A stretch of 64,000 nucleotides of DNA from Candidatus Eiseniibacteriota bacterium (GTDB lineage: Bacteria; Eisenbacteria; RBG-16-71-46; CAZAMP01): assembly GCA_965224245.1 (NCBI GenBank), contig OZ245046.1, positions 2,240,001 through 2,304,000 on the forward strand. The letters are read 5' to 3'. Below, piece after piece: positions 20,828 to 30,877 of the stretch. The position numbers were made by a program, and so were the translations under genes. Positions within the stretch are counted from its first letter, which is position 1. Each line of letters begins with the position of its first letter. Below the pieces are notes generated by a model. It saw only the letters and a list, made by a program, of their open reading frames with translations, was not told where the DNA came from and did no database searches.

Positions 20828-21947
20828 GGGCGACCTCCACCGTGCGGCGCGGCGCGCCGTCGCTGGTCAGCGTGTCGACGATGTCCCGGAACCGCCCCAG
20901 GAAGCGCTCGCGGTCGAACCGGAGCGCGTGGCGGCGAATCGCGTCGGGATCCCACGCGTCGGCGTCGAAGGTCTCGACCGCGGCGCGGAGCGAGGCGGCG
21001 GTGGGCTCACGGAAGAATGTGCCCGTGACCCCGTCCACGACGGTCTCCAGCGCTCCCCCCTCGGCGAAGGCGATCACCGGTCGACCGCAGGCCATCGCCT
21101 CGAGCGGAACGATACCGAAGTCCTCGGGACCCGGGAACACGAGAGCCCGGCATCTCCGGTAGAGCGTGCGGAGCTCGGTGTCCGACACCCGCCCCTGGAA
21201 GGTGACGTTGGGTGGCGCGAGACGCCGCAGCCGGGCCAGCTCGGGACCGCCGCCGGCGACCACGAGCCGGGAGTCGAGACCGCGGAACGCCTCGATGGCC
21301 AGCTCCACGCGCTTGTACGGGACGAGCGCGCTCACGACCAGGAAGTCGTCGGACGGGGAATCGGGGCCCGGCGTGAACGTGGCGTGGTCGACCCAGGGAT
21401 GGACGACCTCCGCGGTGCGACCGTACGTGCGGCGGATCCGGTAAGCGACGTTGTGCGAGTTCGCGACGAACGCGCTCACGCGGCGACTCGACGTGACGTC
21501 CCAGCGCCGGAGCGGCGCCACGGCGAGGGCCATCGCCGCCCGGACGTGCGCGGGAGCCCGTCCCGGACCGAAGTAGTCCTCGTACGCGTCCCAGATGTAA
21601 CGCATCGGCGTGTGACAGTAGCAGACGTGCACGGCGCGCTCACCGGGCCGGACGCCCTTCGCCACGCAGTGGCTGGACGAGATGACGAGGTCGTAGCCGG
21701 ACAGGTCGAACTGCTCGATCGCGCGCGGGAAGAACGGCAGGTACTTTCGATAGTGCGCGGCGATGCCGGGCAGACGCTGCACGAACGACGTGTGAATCGG
21801 ATGCGACTCGATCTGGCGGGACACCGACCCCGGCAAGTGCACCAGCGTGTAGATCGGGGCGTTCGGATAGCACGAGAGAATCCCCTCGAGCACCTTCTCA
21901 CCCCCGCGCATGCCGGTGAGCCAGTCGTGCACCAGGGCGACCCTCAT
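20814..21947 (-). CDS. Glycosyltransferase family 4 (WbaZ-like)
   Basis: MRVALVHDWLTGMRGGEKVL, YCHTPMRY, EDFGIVPLEAMACG. Confidence 0.9.
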   Translation of the reverse strand: MRVALVHDWLTGMRGGEKVLEGILSCYPNAPIYTLVHLPGSVSRQIESHPIHTSFVQRLPGIAAHYRKYLPFFPRAIEQFDLSGYDLVISSSHCVAKGVRPGERAVHVCYCHTPMRYIWDAYEDYFGPGRAPAHVRAAMALAVAPLRRWDVTSSRRVSAFVANSHNVAYRIRRTYGRTAEVVHPWVDHATFTPGPDSPSDDFLVVSALVPYKRVELAIEAFRGLDSRLVVAGGGPELARLRRLAPPNVTFQGRVSDTELRTLYRRCRALVFPGPEDFGIVPLEAMACGRPVIAFAEGGALETVVDGVTGTFFREPTAASLRAAVETFDADAWDPDAIRRHALRFDRERFLGRFRDIVDTLTSDGAPRRTVEVAHGTR

Positions 21948-23197
21948 CGCGCGTCCTCCCCGAGGGCGCGTGACGCCACCGGAGACGGCGCCGATCCGGT
22001 CGCGCCCGCGCCATCCCAGGCCGCCCAGAGCTCGGCCACGAGGCCGTCGCTGACGAAGAAGGCGTCGGTCGACAGGCGCAGCCGGTCGGGATCCGGCTCG
22101 AGGAGACCGGCCTCGACGAGTCGATCGACCTCCCGCCAGAACGCCGGCGGCGCGCCCGCGAACCGCTCTCGCGAGGCTCCCTCGACCATCCGGAGACGCA
22201 TCAGCTCCTCCCCGACGACGGCGGCGTCGTCGAGCACCTCGTATCCCGCGACCGGCTCGCGACGCCCGGACAGCGCCTCCTGCCAGCGCACGCGCGTGGG
22301 ATGATTCCAGAAGCGGCGCCCCGCGAGGAAGCTGTGGGCCGATGGTCCGATCCCGAGCATCTCCTCGCGCCGCCAGTAGCCCAGATTGTGACGCGAGCGT
22401 GTGATCTCGGTGCCGAAGTTCGACACCTCGTAGCGCGGCAGTCCGGCCGCCGAGGCGCTCGCGACGAGCACGTCGTACATCGCCCGCTGGACGTCGTCCG
22501 GCAGTCCGGTCAGCTCGCCTCGCCCGCGACGCCGGCCGAGCGCGGTACCCTCCTCGTAGCCGAGACAGTAGGCCGACAGGTGCGCCGGGGCAAGGCGCAG
22601 CGCCGCCTCCAGGGATGCGCGCCACTCGTCGAGCGTCTGACCCGGAATCGCGTAGATGAGATCCAGCGAGACGGCCGGGGCGGACGCGATGCTCCTCGCC
22701 GCATCCACCGCGCGGGCCACGGCCGTCCAGTCGTGCGTCCGGTCCAGGACCGCCAGGAGGCGCGCGGTGTGCGACTGGGCCCCGATGGACACCCGGGTGA
22801 GCCCGAGCGCCGCGTAGGCGGTCAGGCGCTCGGGTGTGGTCGACTCGGGATTGCTCTCGACCGTGACCTCGACCAGCCGGTCGGGGCGCACGAGTCGCGC
22901 CAGCATCGAGACCAGGCGCGCGATCTCGTCCGGGGTCAGGAACGTCGGCGTGCCGCCGCCGACGTAGAGCGTCTGCGGCCGGAGCGGCCCGCCGAACCGC
23001 TCGCGCCAGACGTCGATCTCGGCCGAGAGGGCGTCCAGATACGCGGAGACGGCGTGTCGATCCGGGGGCACCTCGCGCGAGAACGCGCAGTACGCGCAGT
23101 CGGACGCACAGAACGGAACGTGGACGTAGACCCCGTGCACGTGATCGGCGTGATCGGCGGCGCGGAGCTGTTCCACGTCGAGTCCGGCGAACGACAT
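21944..23197 (-). CDS. hemW: Radical SAM heme chaperone HemW
   Basis: YVHVPFCASDCAYCAF, GGGTP, YEVSNF..SRHNLGYW; downstream of lepA/lepB. Confidence 0.9.
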   Translation of the reverse strand: MSFAGLDVEQLRAADHADHVHGVYVHVPFCASDCAYCAFSREVPPDRHAVSAYLDALSAEIDVWRERFGGPLRPQTLYVGGGTPTFLTPDEIARLVSMLARLVRPDRLVEVTVESNPESTTPERLTAYAALGLTRVSIGAQSHTARLLAVLDRTHDWTAVARAVDAARSIASAPAVSLDLIYAIPGQTLDEWRASLEAALRLAPAHLSAYCLGYEEGTALGRRRGRGELTGLPDDVQRAMYDVLVASASAAGLPRYEVSNFGTEITRSRHNLGYWRREEMLGIGPSAHSFLAGRRFWNHPTRVRWQEALSGRREPVAGYEVLDDAAVVGEELMRLRMVEGASRERFAGAPPAFWREVDRLVEAGLLEPDPDRLRLSTDAFFVSDGLVAELWAAWDGAGATGSAPSPVASRALGEDAR

Positions 23198-23220
23198 GTC
23201 GCCTCCGGGGCCGAGCGCGC

Positions 23221-23901
23221 TCACTTCACCGGTCGGAACATGCGCCCGAGACGCGGAAGGAAGTACTTGTCGCCGTCGAAGGATGCATAGATGAACAGGG
23301 CCTTGCCCACGACGTTCTCGAACGGGACCGCGGACTCTCTCAGATGCCGGTATCGCTGCCGGAAGAACCGCGAGTCCGAGGAGTTGTGCCGGTTGTCGCC
23401 CATCGCGAAGAACGAGTCCTCGGGCACGACGTAGTAGTGCCCTCCGCCCGGCCAGTTGACGGCTGCCGGCTGCCCGACGCCGTCGAGCTTCACGTAGGGC
23501 TCGTCCTGGGGGACGTTGTTGATGTAGAGCACGTCGTCGATGACCTGGACCGTGTCGCCCGCGATCGCCACGCAGCGCTTGATGTAGTCGGTCCTGTCGT
23601 CGCCGGGGTTCTTGAACACCACGACGTCGCCGCGCTCCATGTCCCGGAGCCCGGGCAGCCGGTAGCTCGTGAACGGGAGCGTCGCGCCGTACGTGAACTT
23701 GCTGACGAACAGGAAGTCGTGCTTGAGGAGCGTGTCCTCCATCGACTCGGATGGAATCCGGAATGCCTGGAGCACGAACGTGCGGAAGATCAGGAACAGA
23801 ACCACCGCCCACGCCAGCGACTCGACGTTCTCCCGGAGCTTGCTCTTGGGCGGGCGTGCGGGCTCGGCCGTGGCCTTGGGCTCTGTGCTGGATGCCGACA
23901 C
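23221..23901 (-). CDS. lepB: Signal peptidase I
   Basis: AFRIPSESMEDTL, DYIKRC, MGDNRHNSSDSR. Confidence 0.95.
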   Translation of the reverse strand: MSASSTEPKATAEPARPPKSKLRENVESLAWAVVLFLIFRTFVLQAFRIPSESMEDTLLKHDFLFVSKFTYGATLPFTSYRLPGLRDMERGDVVVFKNPGDDRTDYIKRCVAIAGDTVQVIDDVLYINNVPQDEPYVKLDGVGQPAAVNWPGGGHYYVVPEDSFFAMGDNRHNSSDSRFFRQRYRHLRESAVPFENVVGKALFIYASFDGDKYFLPRLGRMFRPVK

Positions 23902-23912
23902 GAGGCTCCTCC

Positions 23913-25721
23913 TCAATCACCGCGCCTGAGGACCGCGAGAAACGCCTCCTGCGGGACGTGGACCTTGCCCACGACCTTCATGCGGCGCTTGCCTTCCTTC
24001 TGGCGCTCGATCAGTTTGCGTTTGCGAGTGATGTCGCCGCCGTAGCACTTGGCGGTCACGTTCTTTCTCAAGGCGCTCACCGTCGTGCGGGCCACCACCC
24101 GGCTGCCGATCGTGGCCTGAATCGAGATCGCGAACATCTGCTTCGGAATCAGCTCGCGCAGGCGCTCGGTCATCGAGCGTCCCGATTCGTACGCGCGGTC
24201 CCGGTGCACGATCGCACAGAACGCGTCCACCGGCTCGCCGTTCAAGAGAATGTCCAGGCGCACGAGCTGCGAGTCGCGATACCCGGAGAACTCGTAGTCC
24301 AGCGACGCGTAGCCCCGGCTGGCCGACTTCAGTCGATCGTAGAAGTCCACGATGATCTCGGCCAGCGGCAGCTCGTACTTCAGGACGACGCGACGCGACT
24401 CCAGGTACTCGAGCCCCTGATGAATGCCCCGGCAGTCCTGGCAGAGCTTGGTCACGGGGCCGATCGCGTCGGGCGGCATCACGAGCTGAGTGGCGACGTA
24501 CGGCTCCTCCACCGTGGACTGGCGGTCGAGCGCGGGCATGTCGCTGGGATTGTGCACCTCGATCGTCTCGCCGGCGGCGTTCTCCACGCGATACGACACG
24601 TTGGGAACGGTGGCGATCAGTTCCAGATCGTACTCGCGCTGGAGGCGTTCGAGCACGATCTCGGCGTGGAGCGGCCCCAGGAACCCGCACCGGAACCCCG
24701 AGCCGAGCGCGACCGAGCTCTCGGGCTCGAACAGCAGCGACGCATCGTTCAGCGTGAGCTTCGAGAGCGCGTCGCGCAGGTTCTCGAAGTCGTCGGAGTC
24801 GATCGGGAAGATGCCGCTCCAGACCATCGGCTTGAGCTTGCGGTACCCCGGCAGCGCGACCGAGGCGACGTCGTCCGCGTCCGCGACCGTGTCGCCGACC
24901 TGCACGTCGTGGACGTCCTTGATCCCCGCGATGAGGTAGCCGACCTCTCCGCGTCCCAGCGCGTCGCAGGGGACGCGCTGCAGCTTGATCTGCCCGACCT
25001 CGAGCACCTCGTAGCTGCGCCGCGTGGCCAGGAGCTTCACCCGATCACCCACCCGGACCTCGCCGTCCACCACCCGCAGCATCGCGACCACGCCGCGGTA
25101 GCGGTCGTACACCGAATCGAAGATCAGCGCGCGGAGCGGGGCGTCCGCGTCGCCGCCGGGCGCGGGAATGCGCGCGTGAATGGCCTCCAGGATCTCGTCC
25201 ACACCGGTGCCGTCGCGCGCGCTGGCGCGGATGACGTCGGCCGGGTCGCACCCGATGAGCTCGGCCAGCTCGGCCGCGACCTCGTCGGGCCGCGCCGCCG
25301 GCAGGTCGATCTTGTTGATGACCGGGATGATCTCGAGGCCGCCGTCGATCGCCATCAGGAGGTTCGAGACGGTCTGCGCCTCGATCCCCTGGGCGGCGTC
25401 CACCAGCACCAGCGCGCCCTCGCAGGCCGCGAGGCTGCGCGAGACCTCGTAGGAGAAGTCGACGTGTCCGGGGGTGTCGATCAGGTTGTACAGGTATCGC
25501 TGACCGTCGGCGGCCTCGTAGGTCATGGCGACCGCATGTGCCTTGATCGTGATCCCGCGCTCACGCTCCAGATCCATCGAGTCGAGCACCTGCGCCTTCA
25601 TGTCGCGGGCCGAGAACGTCCGGGTTCGCTCGAGAAGCCGATCGGCCAGCGTCGACTTTCCGTGATCGATGTGCGCGACGATGCAGAAATTGCGGATGCG
25701 CTCGGGTGTCGTCTTGACCAT
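23913..25721 (-). CDS. lepA: Translation elongation factor 4 (LepA)
   Basis: IRNFCIVAHIDHGKSTLADR, ERERGITIK, AKCYGGDITRKRKL. Confidence 0.98.
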   Translation of the reverse strand: MVKTTPERIRNFCIVAHIDHGKSTLADRLLERTRTFSARDMKAQVLDSMDLERERGITIKAHAVAMTYEAADGQRYLYNLIDTPGHVDFSYEVSRSLAACEGALVLVDAAQGIEAQTVSNLLMAIDGGLEIIPVINKIDLPAARPDEVAAELAELIGCDPADVIRASARDGTGVDEILEAIHARIPAPGGDADAPLRALIFDSVYDRYRGVVAMLRVVDGEVRVGDRVKLLATRRSYEVLEVGQIKLQRVPCDALGRGEVGYLIAGIKDVHDVQVGDTVADADDVASVALPGYRKLKPMVWSGIFPIDSDDFENLRDALSKLTLNDASLLFEPESSVALGSGFRCGFLGPLHAEIVLERLQREYDLELIATVPNVSYRVENAAGETIEVHNPSDMPALDRQSTVEEPYVATQLVMPPDAIGPVTKLCQDCRGIHQGLEYLESRRVVLKYELPLAEIIVDFYDRLKSASRGYASLDYEFSGYRDSQLVRLDILLNGEPVDAFCAIVHRDRAYESGRSMTERLRELIPKQMFAISIQATIGSRVVARTTVSALRKNVTAKCYGGDITRKRKLIERQKEGKRRMKVVGKVHVPQEAFLAVLRRGD

Positions 25722-25743
25722 GGATGTCCCGCGAAGCCTCTCT

Positions 25744-26352
25744 CTACTGGAACGTCAGTCGGAGCCCGAGCCGGACCACCGGCTCGGGCTTGGGTACGAT
25801 GCGCTCGTCGTCGAACTGGTCGTCGAAGTCCATCAAAGCCGCGTCGACGTACGCCTCGGTCATCGTGAACAGCCACGCCAGACCGGACCACCAGATGAAA
25901 TCGTCGCGCCGATCCAGCGCGCGGTTGCGCGCGCGCCAGGTCGCGTTCTTCTCCGCACCGTCGGGCAGCGACTTCGCCTGCGTCTCCAGATCGTTGGCCT
26001 CTCCACCTTCCTCGAAGATCCGGTATCCGAGATACGCCCGCCCCGCGATGAACAGGATCGCCCGCACGTAGCGCCGGTTGTAGAGCTGTCCCCAGGCCGG
26101 CAGCGCGGTCGAGCGCCAGAACGCTCCTCCCGGCGACGGCCGGAAGGGCTCCTTCGCCGGCGCCTCGGGGCCGGCGACGCTCGCCGCGTCGCGGGGGCCC
26201 GAGTCCCCGATCCGGGCCGCCCGGAGCGGGATGCCCGCCCCCTGATCCGTTGCCGTCGCCCGGAGCGAGTCCGCCCGCCACGGCCACTGGACATCCGCGG
26301 TCGCGCCCCGGGTCCCCGAGACGGCGCACGCGATCAGGCAGAGGGTCAGCAC
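25744..26352 (-). CDS. DUF5683-like membrane protein
   Basis: SPGGAFWRSTALPAWGQLYNRRY...EAYVDAALMDFD; start uncertain, must lie downstream of tRNA-Sec. Confidence 0.7.
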   Translation of the reverse strand: MLTLCLIACAVSGTRGATADVQWPWRADSLRATATDQGAGIPLRAARIGDSGPRDAASVAGPEAPAKEPFRPSPGGAFWRSTALPAWGQLYNRRYVRAILFIAGRAYLGYRIFEEGGEANDLETQAKSLPDGAEKNATWRARNRALDRRDDFIWWSGLAWLFTMTEAYVDAALMDFDDQFDDERIVPKPEPVVRLGLRLTFQ

Positions 26353-26364
26353 CAGCGCCGTTAC

Positions 26365-26462
26365 TGGCGGGAACGTGTGGGAATCGAACCCACCTCGGAC
26401 GGGATTAGCGCCCGACAGAAGGATTTGAAGTCCTCGGAGTTCACCAGAACTCGCCCGCTCCC
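26365..26462 (-). tRNA. selC: tRNA-Sec (UCA)
   Basis: 6-bp D-stem GAGTTC/GAACTC with 4-nt loop, anticodon loop CTTCAAA, long variable arm TCGGGCG/CGTCCGA, T-arm GTGGG-TTCGATT-CCCAC, G73 discriminator, CCA. Confidence 0.93.
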
Positions 26463-26552
26463 CCAAGATCGTCCTCACGTGTGGTTGCGGGGGCCAGAGA
26501 AAGCACCCTCGATACGGCGGACGAGCGATGATCGGGCACCGTCCCGGCGAGA

Positions 26553-26942
26553 TCAACCCCGGACACGCGCAAGTGCTTCGATTTCAATGCGTGCCCCCTT
26601 CGGGAGCGCCTTCGCCTCGACGGCCGACCGGGCCGGATACGGCTCGCCGAAGTACTCCGCGTAGCGCTCGTTCACGGCCGCGAAGTCGCCGAGATCGGCG
26701 AAGAAGACGGTCGTCTTGACCACCTCGTCGAGCGAGCTGCCCGCGGCGCCGAGGATCGCCCGGAGGTTCGCCATCGCGCGCTCGAACTCGGCCAGAACGC
26801 CACCCTCGACGAGCTGACCGGTCCCGGGATCGATCCCGATCTGTCCGGCGGTCATCACGAGCGCCGAACCGTCGAACACGATCGCCTGGCTATAGGGTCC
26901 GACCGCCCCCGCGGCGTCGGACGTCTGGACCGCTCTCTTCAC
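26553..26942 (-). CDS. ridA: RidA/YjgF family enamine/imine deaminase
   Basis: GPYSQAI, AGQIGIDP, VVKTTVF, PARSAVE..LPKGARIEIE. Confidence 0.92.
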   Translation of the reverse strand: MKRAVQTSDAAGAVGPYSQAIVFDGSALVMTAGQIGIDPGTGQLVEGGVLAEFERAMANLRAILGAAGSSLDEVVKTTVFFADLGDFAAVNERYAEYFGEPYPARSAVEAKALPKGARIEIEALARVRG

Positions 26943-27118
26943 GACTCCCCCCGCGATGGACGCCTCGACGGCTCGTTCCGCCGTCGCTTTCGTGGGCAGG
27001 GAGTCTAGCACGGCGGGCCCGCGAACGCGGGCCGATGGCGCCGGGCGAGGGCGCGGGCGAGGGCCGCCACCGCCCGCGCGGACCCGTGGCGGTGACGCGG
27101 CGCCGGATGGCGAGGTGA

Positions 27119-28948
27119 CTACTCGACCGTGACGCTCTTGGCCAGGTTTCGCGGCTGGTCCACGTTGCATCCACGCAGGACGGCCATGTGGTACGAGAGC
27201 ATCTGCAAGGGCACGATGGAGACGAGCGGGGTGAACGGCTCGAGCGTGTGCGGCACGTAGATGACGTGGTCGGCCATCGTCTTCACGTCCCGGTCGCCCT
27301 CGGACGCCACGGCGATGATGCGCCCCTTGCGCGCGCGCACCTCCTGCATGTTGCTGCGGATCTTGTCGTACGCGGAGTCCTTGGTGCAGATGAACACGAC
27401 GGGCATGTTCTCGTCGATGAGCGCGATCGGACCGTGCTTCATCTCGGCCGCGGGATACCCCTCGGCGTGGATGTAGGAGATCTCCTTGAGCTTCAGCGCG
27501 CCCTCCAGGGCGGCCGGGAAGTTGTACCCGCGGCCCAGGTAGAGCGCGTTGTTGTGGTGGTGGTAGGCCCTGGCGATCTCGATGATGGCCGCCTCGTCGT
27601 CGAGCACGCGCTGGATCTTGTCGGGGATGGCCCAGAGCTCCTCGACCATCTCGCGTCCGGTGGCCAGACTCATCTCGCGGTGGCGGCCCACCCACAGCGT
27701 GAACAGGGCCAGCGCGGTGACCTGGCACGTGAACGCCTTCGTCGACGCGACGCCGATCTCCGGGCCGGCGTGGATGTAGATGCCGCCGTCCGATTCCCGC
27801 GCGATGGTGGAACCGACCTGGTTGACGATCCCGAGCACGGTGGCGCCCTTGCGCTTGGCCTCGCGAAGCGCCGCCAGCGTGTCGGCCGTCTCGCCCGACT
27901 GGCTGATCACGATGACGAGCGTGCCGTCCTGGATGATCGGATTGCGGTAGCGGAACTCCGACGCGTACTCCACCTCCACCGGGATGCCGCAGAACTCCTC
28001 GATCAGGTACTCCCCGATCATGGCCGCGTGCCAGGACGTGCCGCACGCGGTGATGATGATGCGGCGAATCTGTCGCATGACCTGGGGTGACAGGTTCGGT
28101 CCCCCGAGCCGGGCGATGCCCTCGTCCAGGAGCAGTCGCCCACGCATCGTGTTGCGCATCGCGCTGGGCTGCTCGAAGATCTCCTTCTGCATGAAGTGCT
28201 CGAAGCCGGACTTCTCGATCTCCTCGAGCGACCACGAGATCTCCTCGACGGACTTGGTGACCGGGGCCTCCTCGATCGTCATCGTGTGGTACGACTCCGG
28301 CGTGACCACGACCATCTCGCCGTCGTCGAGGTAGATGACGTCGCGCGTGTGCGAGAGGATCGCGGCCACGTCCGACGCCACGATGTGCTCGCCGTCGCCG
28401 ATCCCGACCACCAGCGGTGAGCCGTTCCGCGCGCCCACGATCTTGCCCGCCTCCTTGGACGAGACCACCGCAATGCCGTACGTGCCCTCGACGTGCCGGA
28501 GCGCCGACGCAACCGCCCGCTCCAGCGACACGTCGCGGTAGAACTCCTCGATCAGGTGCGCGAGCACCTCGGTGTCGGTGTCGGACGTGAACACGTGCCC
28601 CTTCTCGATCAACGAGGTCTTGATCGAGGCGTAGTTCTCGATGATGCCGTTGTGGACCACGGCCACCGACACGTCGGAGTCGGTGTGCGGATGCGCGTTG
28701 ATCTCGTTGGGCTCACCGTGGGTGGCCCACCGCGTGTGGGCGATGCCGAAGTACGCGTCGATCGGATTCGCACGCAGCGCCTCGTCCAGCGCCCGCAGCT
28801 TGCCCGGCTTCTTCAGGATTTGCAGGCCCTGGCCGTTCACCACCGCCACGCCGGCGGAGTCGTAGCCGCGGTACTCCAGTCGGCGAAGCCCATCCATCAG
28901 GATCGGAATGCAGCGCTTCGGTCCGGTGTATCCCACAATCCCACACAT
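27119..28948 (-). CDS. glmS: Glutamine-fructose-6-phosphate transaminase
   Basis: MCGIVGY, LEYRGYDSAG, HTRWATHG, C-terminal PRNLAKSVTVE. Confidence 0.98.
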   Translation of the reverse strand: MCGIVGYTGPKRCIPILMDGLRRLEYRGYDSAGVAVVNGQGLQILKKPGKLRALDEALRANPIDAYFGIAHTRWATHGEPNEINAHPHTDSDVSVAVVHNGIIENYASIKTSLIEKGHVFTSDTDTEVLAHLIEEFYRDVSLERAVASALRHVEGTYGIAVVSSKEAGKIVGARNGSPLVVGIGDGEHIVASDVAAILSHTRDVIYLDDGEMVVVTPESYHTMTIEEAPVTKSVEEISWSLEEIEKSGFEHFMQKEIFEQPSAMRNTMRGRLLLDEGIARLGGPNLSPQVMRQIRRIIITACGTSWHAAMIGEYLIEEFCGIPVEVEYASEFRYRNPIIQDGTLVIVISQSGETADTLAALREAKRKGATVLGIVNQVGSTIARESDGGIYIHAGPEIGVASTKAFTCQVTALALFTLWVGRHREMSLATGREMVEELWAIPDKIQRVLDDEAAIIEIARAYHHHNNALYLGRGYNFPAALEGALKLKEISYIHAEGYPAAEMKHGPIALIDENMPVVFICTKDSAYDKIRSNMQEVRARKGRIIAVASEGDRDVKTMADHVIYVPHTLEPFTPLVSIVPLQMLSYHMAVLRGCNVDQPRNLAKSVTVE

Positions 28949-28968
28949 GGCTCGTCCTCGTCTGTCGC

Positions 28969-30321
28969 TCAGCGACCGATCCCGATGAGGTCCCGGACCT
29001 CGTCGATCCGCTTGCCGAGAGTGGCGGCGTCGCGGGCTTCGGCGATGATCCGGACGATGGGCTCGGTCCCGGATTTGCGTACGTGAAGGAAACCGTCCGG
29101 CCAGCGGAGGTAGACTCCGTCGGTCCGATCGACCTCGGCATCTGAAAAAACATCGGCCACCCGGTCGAGCTCCTCCAAGCTCTGGTCGGGCGTGATGTCG
29201 AACTTGTCCTTGCGCATGCGGTAGCGGGGCAGCCCGGCCACGAGCTCGGTGAGCGGCCGGCCCTCCTCGGCCAGCAGCGAGAGCACCAGCGCCATCGCCA
29301 CCGGCGCGTCTCGACCGAGGTGGATGTCGGGGAAGATCACGCCGCCGTTTCCCTCGCCCCCGATGACGGCGTCCACCTGCCGCATCTTGGCCACCACGTT
29401 GGCCTCACCGACCGCCGCCCGGTGCACGGGCGCGCCGTGGCGCGAGGCGACGGCGTCGAGCATCAGGGACGTCGAGTAATTCGCCACCACCGGCCCCCGC
29501 CGGTGACGGAGCACGTACTCCATCGCCAGCGGCAGCGTGGCGTCCTCGCCGATGGGCGTGCCGGTCTCGTCGACGATGGCCAGCCGATCGCCGTCGGGGT
29601 CCAGCGCGAAGCCGACGTCGGCCTTCTCGCGGACCACGGCCTCGCCGAGCTCGCCGATGTTCTCGGGCAGGGGCTCGGGCACACGCGGAAACCGACCGGT
29701 GGGTGCCTCGTACAGGACGACGTGCTCGACCCCCAGCGCGTGCATGAGGCGGGTCGAGATCGGACCGCCGGCGCCGTGCAGGGCGTCCACGACGACCTTC
29801 AGCGAGCGGCGCGCGATCTTCTCGCGGTCGACCAGCGGCAGGCTCAGGATCTTCTCGACATGCGTATCGATCGCACCCCGGAAGCTGGAGTCGGCGCCGA
29901 GCGCGTCGAACGACGACCACGCGATGCGGTTCTCGCGCTCGATCGCGAACAGCTCCTCGGCCTCGGCCTTCTGGAGAAACGTCCCGTGATGCGAGATGAA
30001 CTTCAGGGCGTTCCACTGGGGCGGATTGTGGCTGGCGGTGACGGCGATGCCGCCCTGAGCACCGAGCTCTTCCACCAGGAGCTGGACCGTGGGCGTGGGC
30101 ACGATGCCGAGACGCACGACGTCACACCCCGACGCCGTCAGTCCGGCGACGGTCGCGGACGTGATCATCTCGCCCGAGAGGCGCGAATCGCGCCCCACGA
30201 CGACCTTGCCGCCGCCCACGAGGGTCCCGAACGCGGCGGCCAGCCGCGTCACCAGGTCGGCGTGCAATCCGGAACCCACGACGCCTCGGACGCCCGAGAC
30301 GCTCATCATCAGATGGCCCAC
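28969..30321 (-). CDS. glmM: Phosphoglucosamine mutase (phosphohexomutase)
   Basis: TASHNP, DPDGDR, GGEGNGG, RKSGTEP; upstream of glmS. Confidence 0.85.
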   Translation of the reverse strand: MGHLMMSVSGVRGVVGSGLHADLVTRLAAAFGTLVGGGKVVVGRDSRLSGEMITSATVAGLTASGCDVVRLGIVPTPTVQLLVEELGAQGGIAVTASHNPPQWNALKFISHHGTFLQKAEAEELFAIERENRIAWSSFDALGADSSFRGAIDTHVEKILSLPLVDREKIARRSLKVVVDALHGAGGPISTRLMHALGVEHVVLYEAPTGRFPRVPEPLPENIGELGEAVVREKADVGFALDPDGDRLAIVDETGTPIGEDATLPLAMEYVLRHRRGPVVANYSTSLMLDAVASRHGAPVHRAAVGEANVVAKMRQVDAVIGGEGNGGVIFPDIHLGRDAPVAMALVLSLLAEEGRPLTELVAGLPRYRMRKDKFDITPDQSLEELDRVADVFSDAEVDRTDGVYLRWPDGFLHVRKSGTEPIVRIIAEARDAATLGKRIDEVRDLIGIGR

Positions 30322-30519
30322 GTTGTCGACTCCAGTGGCCGATGCCGCGCCGTGGCGGCCCGAGTCGGCCGGTTTCGCGCCGCCGGGCGGAACGCGAGTG
30401 GCGATAGCGTAACGCCGCGAGGCTCATCTCGCCAAGCGGGTGGAGGAACCTCGCACGTCTCTCATCGACACGCGCCCGACCCGACCGGTCACCCCGCGCG
30501 GAGCCCGCGTCCCCGGACG

Positions 30520-30559
30520 AAACGAAAAACGGGGAGTGCCGCCGCGGCGACCTCCCCGT
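30520..30559 (-). terminator. Intrinsic terminator after the tRNA pair
   Basis: Minus strand ACGGGGAG...CTCCCCGT hairpin followed by TTTTCGTTT. Confidence 0.75.
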
Positions 30560-30564
30560 ACGCA

Positions 30565-30640
30565 TGGAGCTGGTGAGCGGAATCGAACCGCTGACCTACG
30601 CATTACGAGTGCGTTGCTCTACCTGCTGAGCTACACCAGC
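30565..30640 (-). tRNA. tRNA-Thr (CGU)
   Basis: GCTGGTGTAGCTCAGCAGGTAGAGC-AACGCA-CTCGTAA-TGCGT...GGTTCGATTCC...CACCAGCTCCA. Confidence 0.95.
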
Positions 30641-30645
30641 AAACG

Positions 30646-30721
<76 letters not shown>

Positions 30722-30748
30722 TCCCAACCTCGAAATCACGAGGCGGGA

Positions 30749-30778
30749 ACGGTAAGAGACCGAGTAAACCCTTGTCAA
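30749..30778 (-). promoter_or_regulatory. Sigma70 promoter for tRNA-Phe/Thr
   Basis: Minus strand TTGACA-N18-TACCGT. Confidence 0.6.
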
Positions 30779-30877
30779 GCCGCTCGATCACCCTGCTCGG
30801 CAGGTCGAGCCGCCCCGTGCGGGTCGGCTGACGCGCACCGCGCCGGGACGCCGCTCCGCCGTGTGGGTGCGGATCTC

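Noticed and set aside
26353-26556. N-terminal extension of the DUF5683 ORF
   Set aside because: Overlaps tRNA-Sec; not coding
28949-28968. glmS ribozyme
   Set aside because: Only about 20 nt separate glmM and glmS
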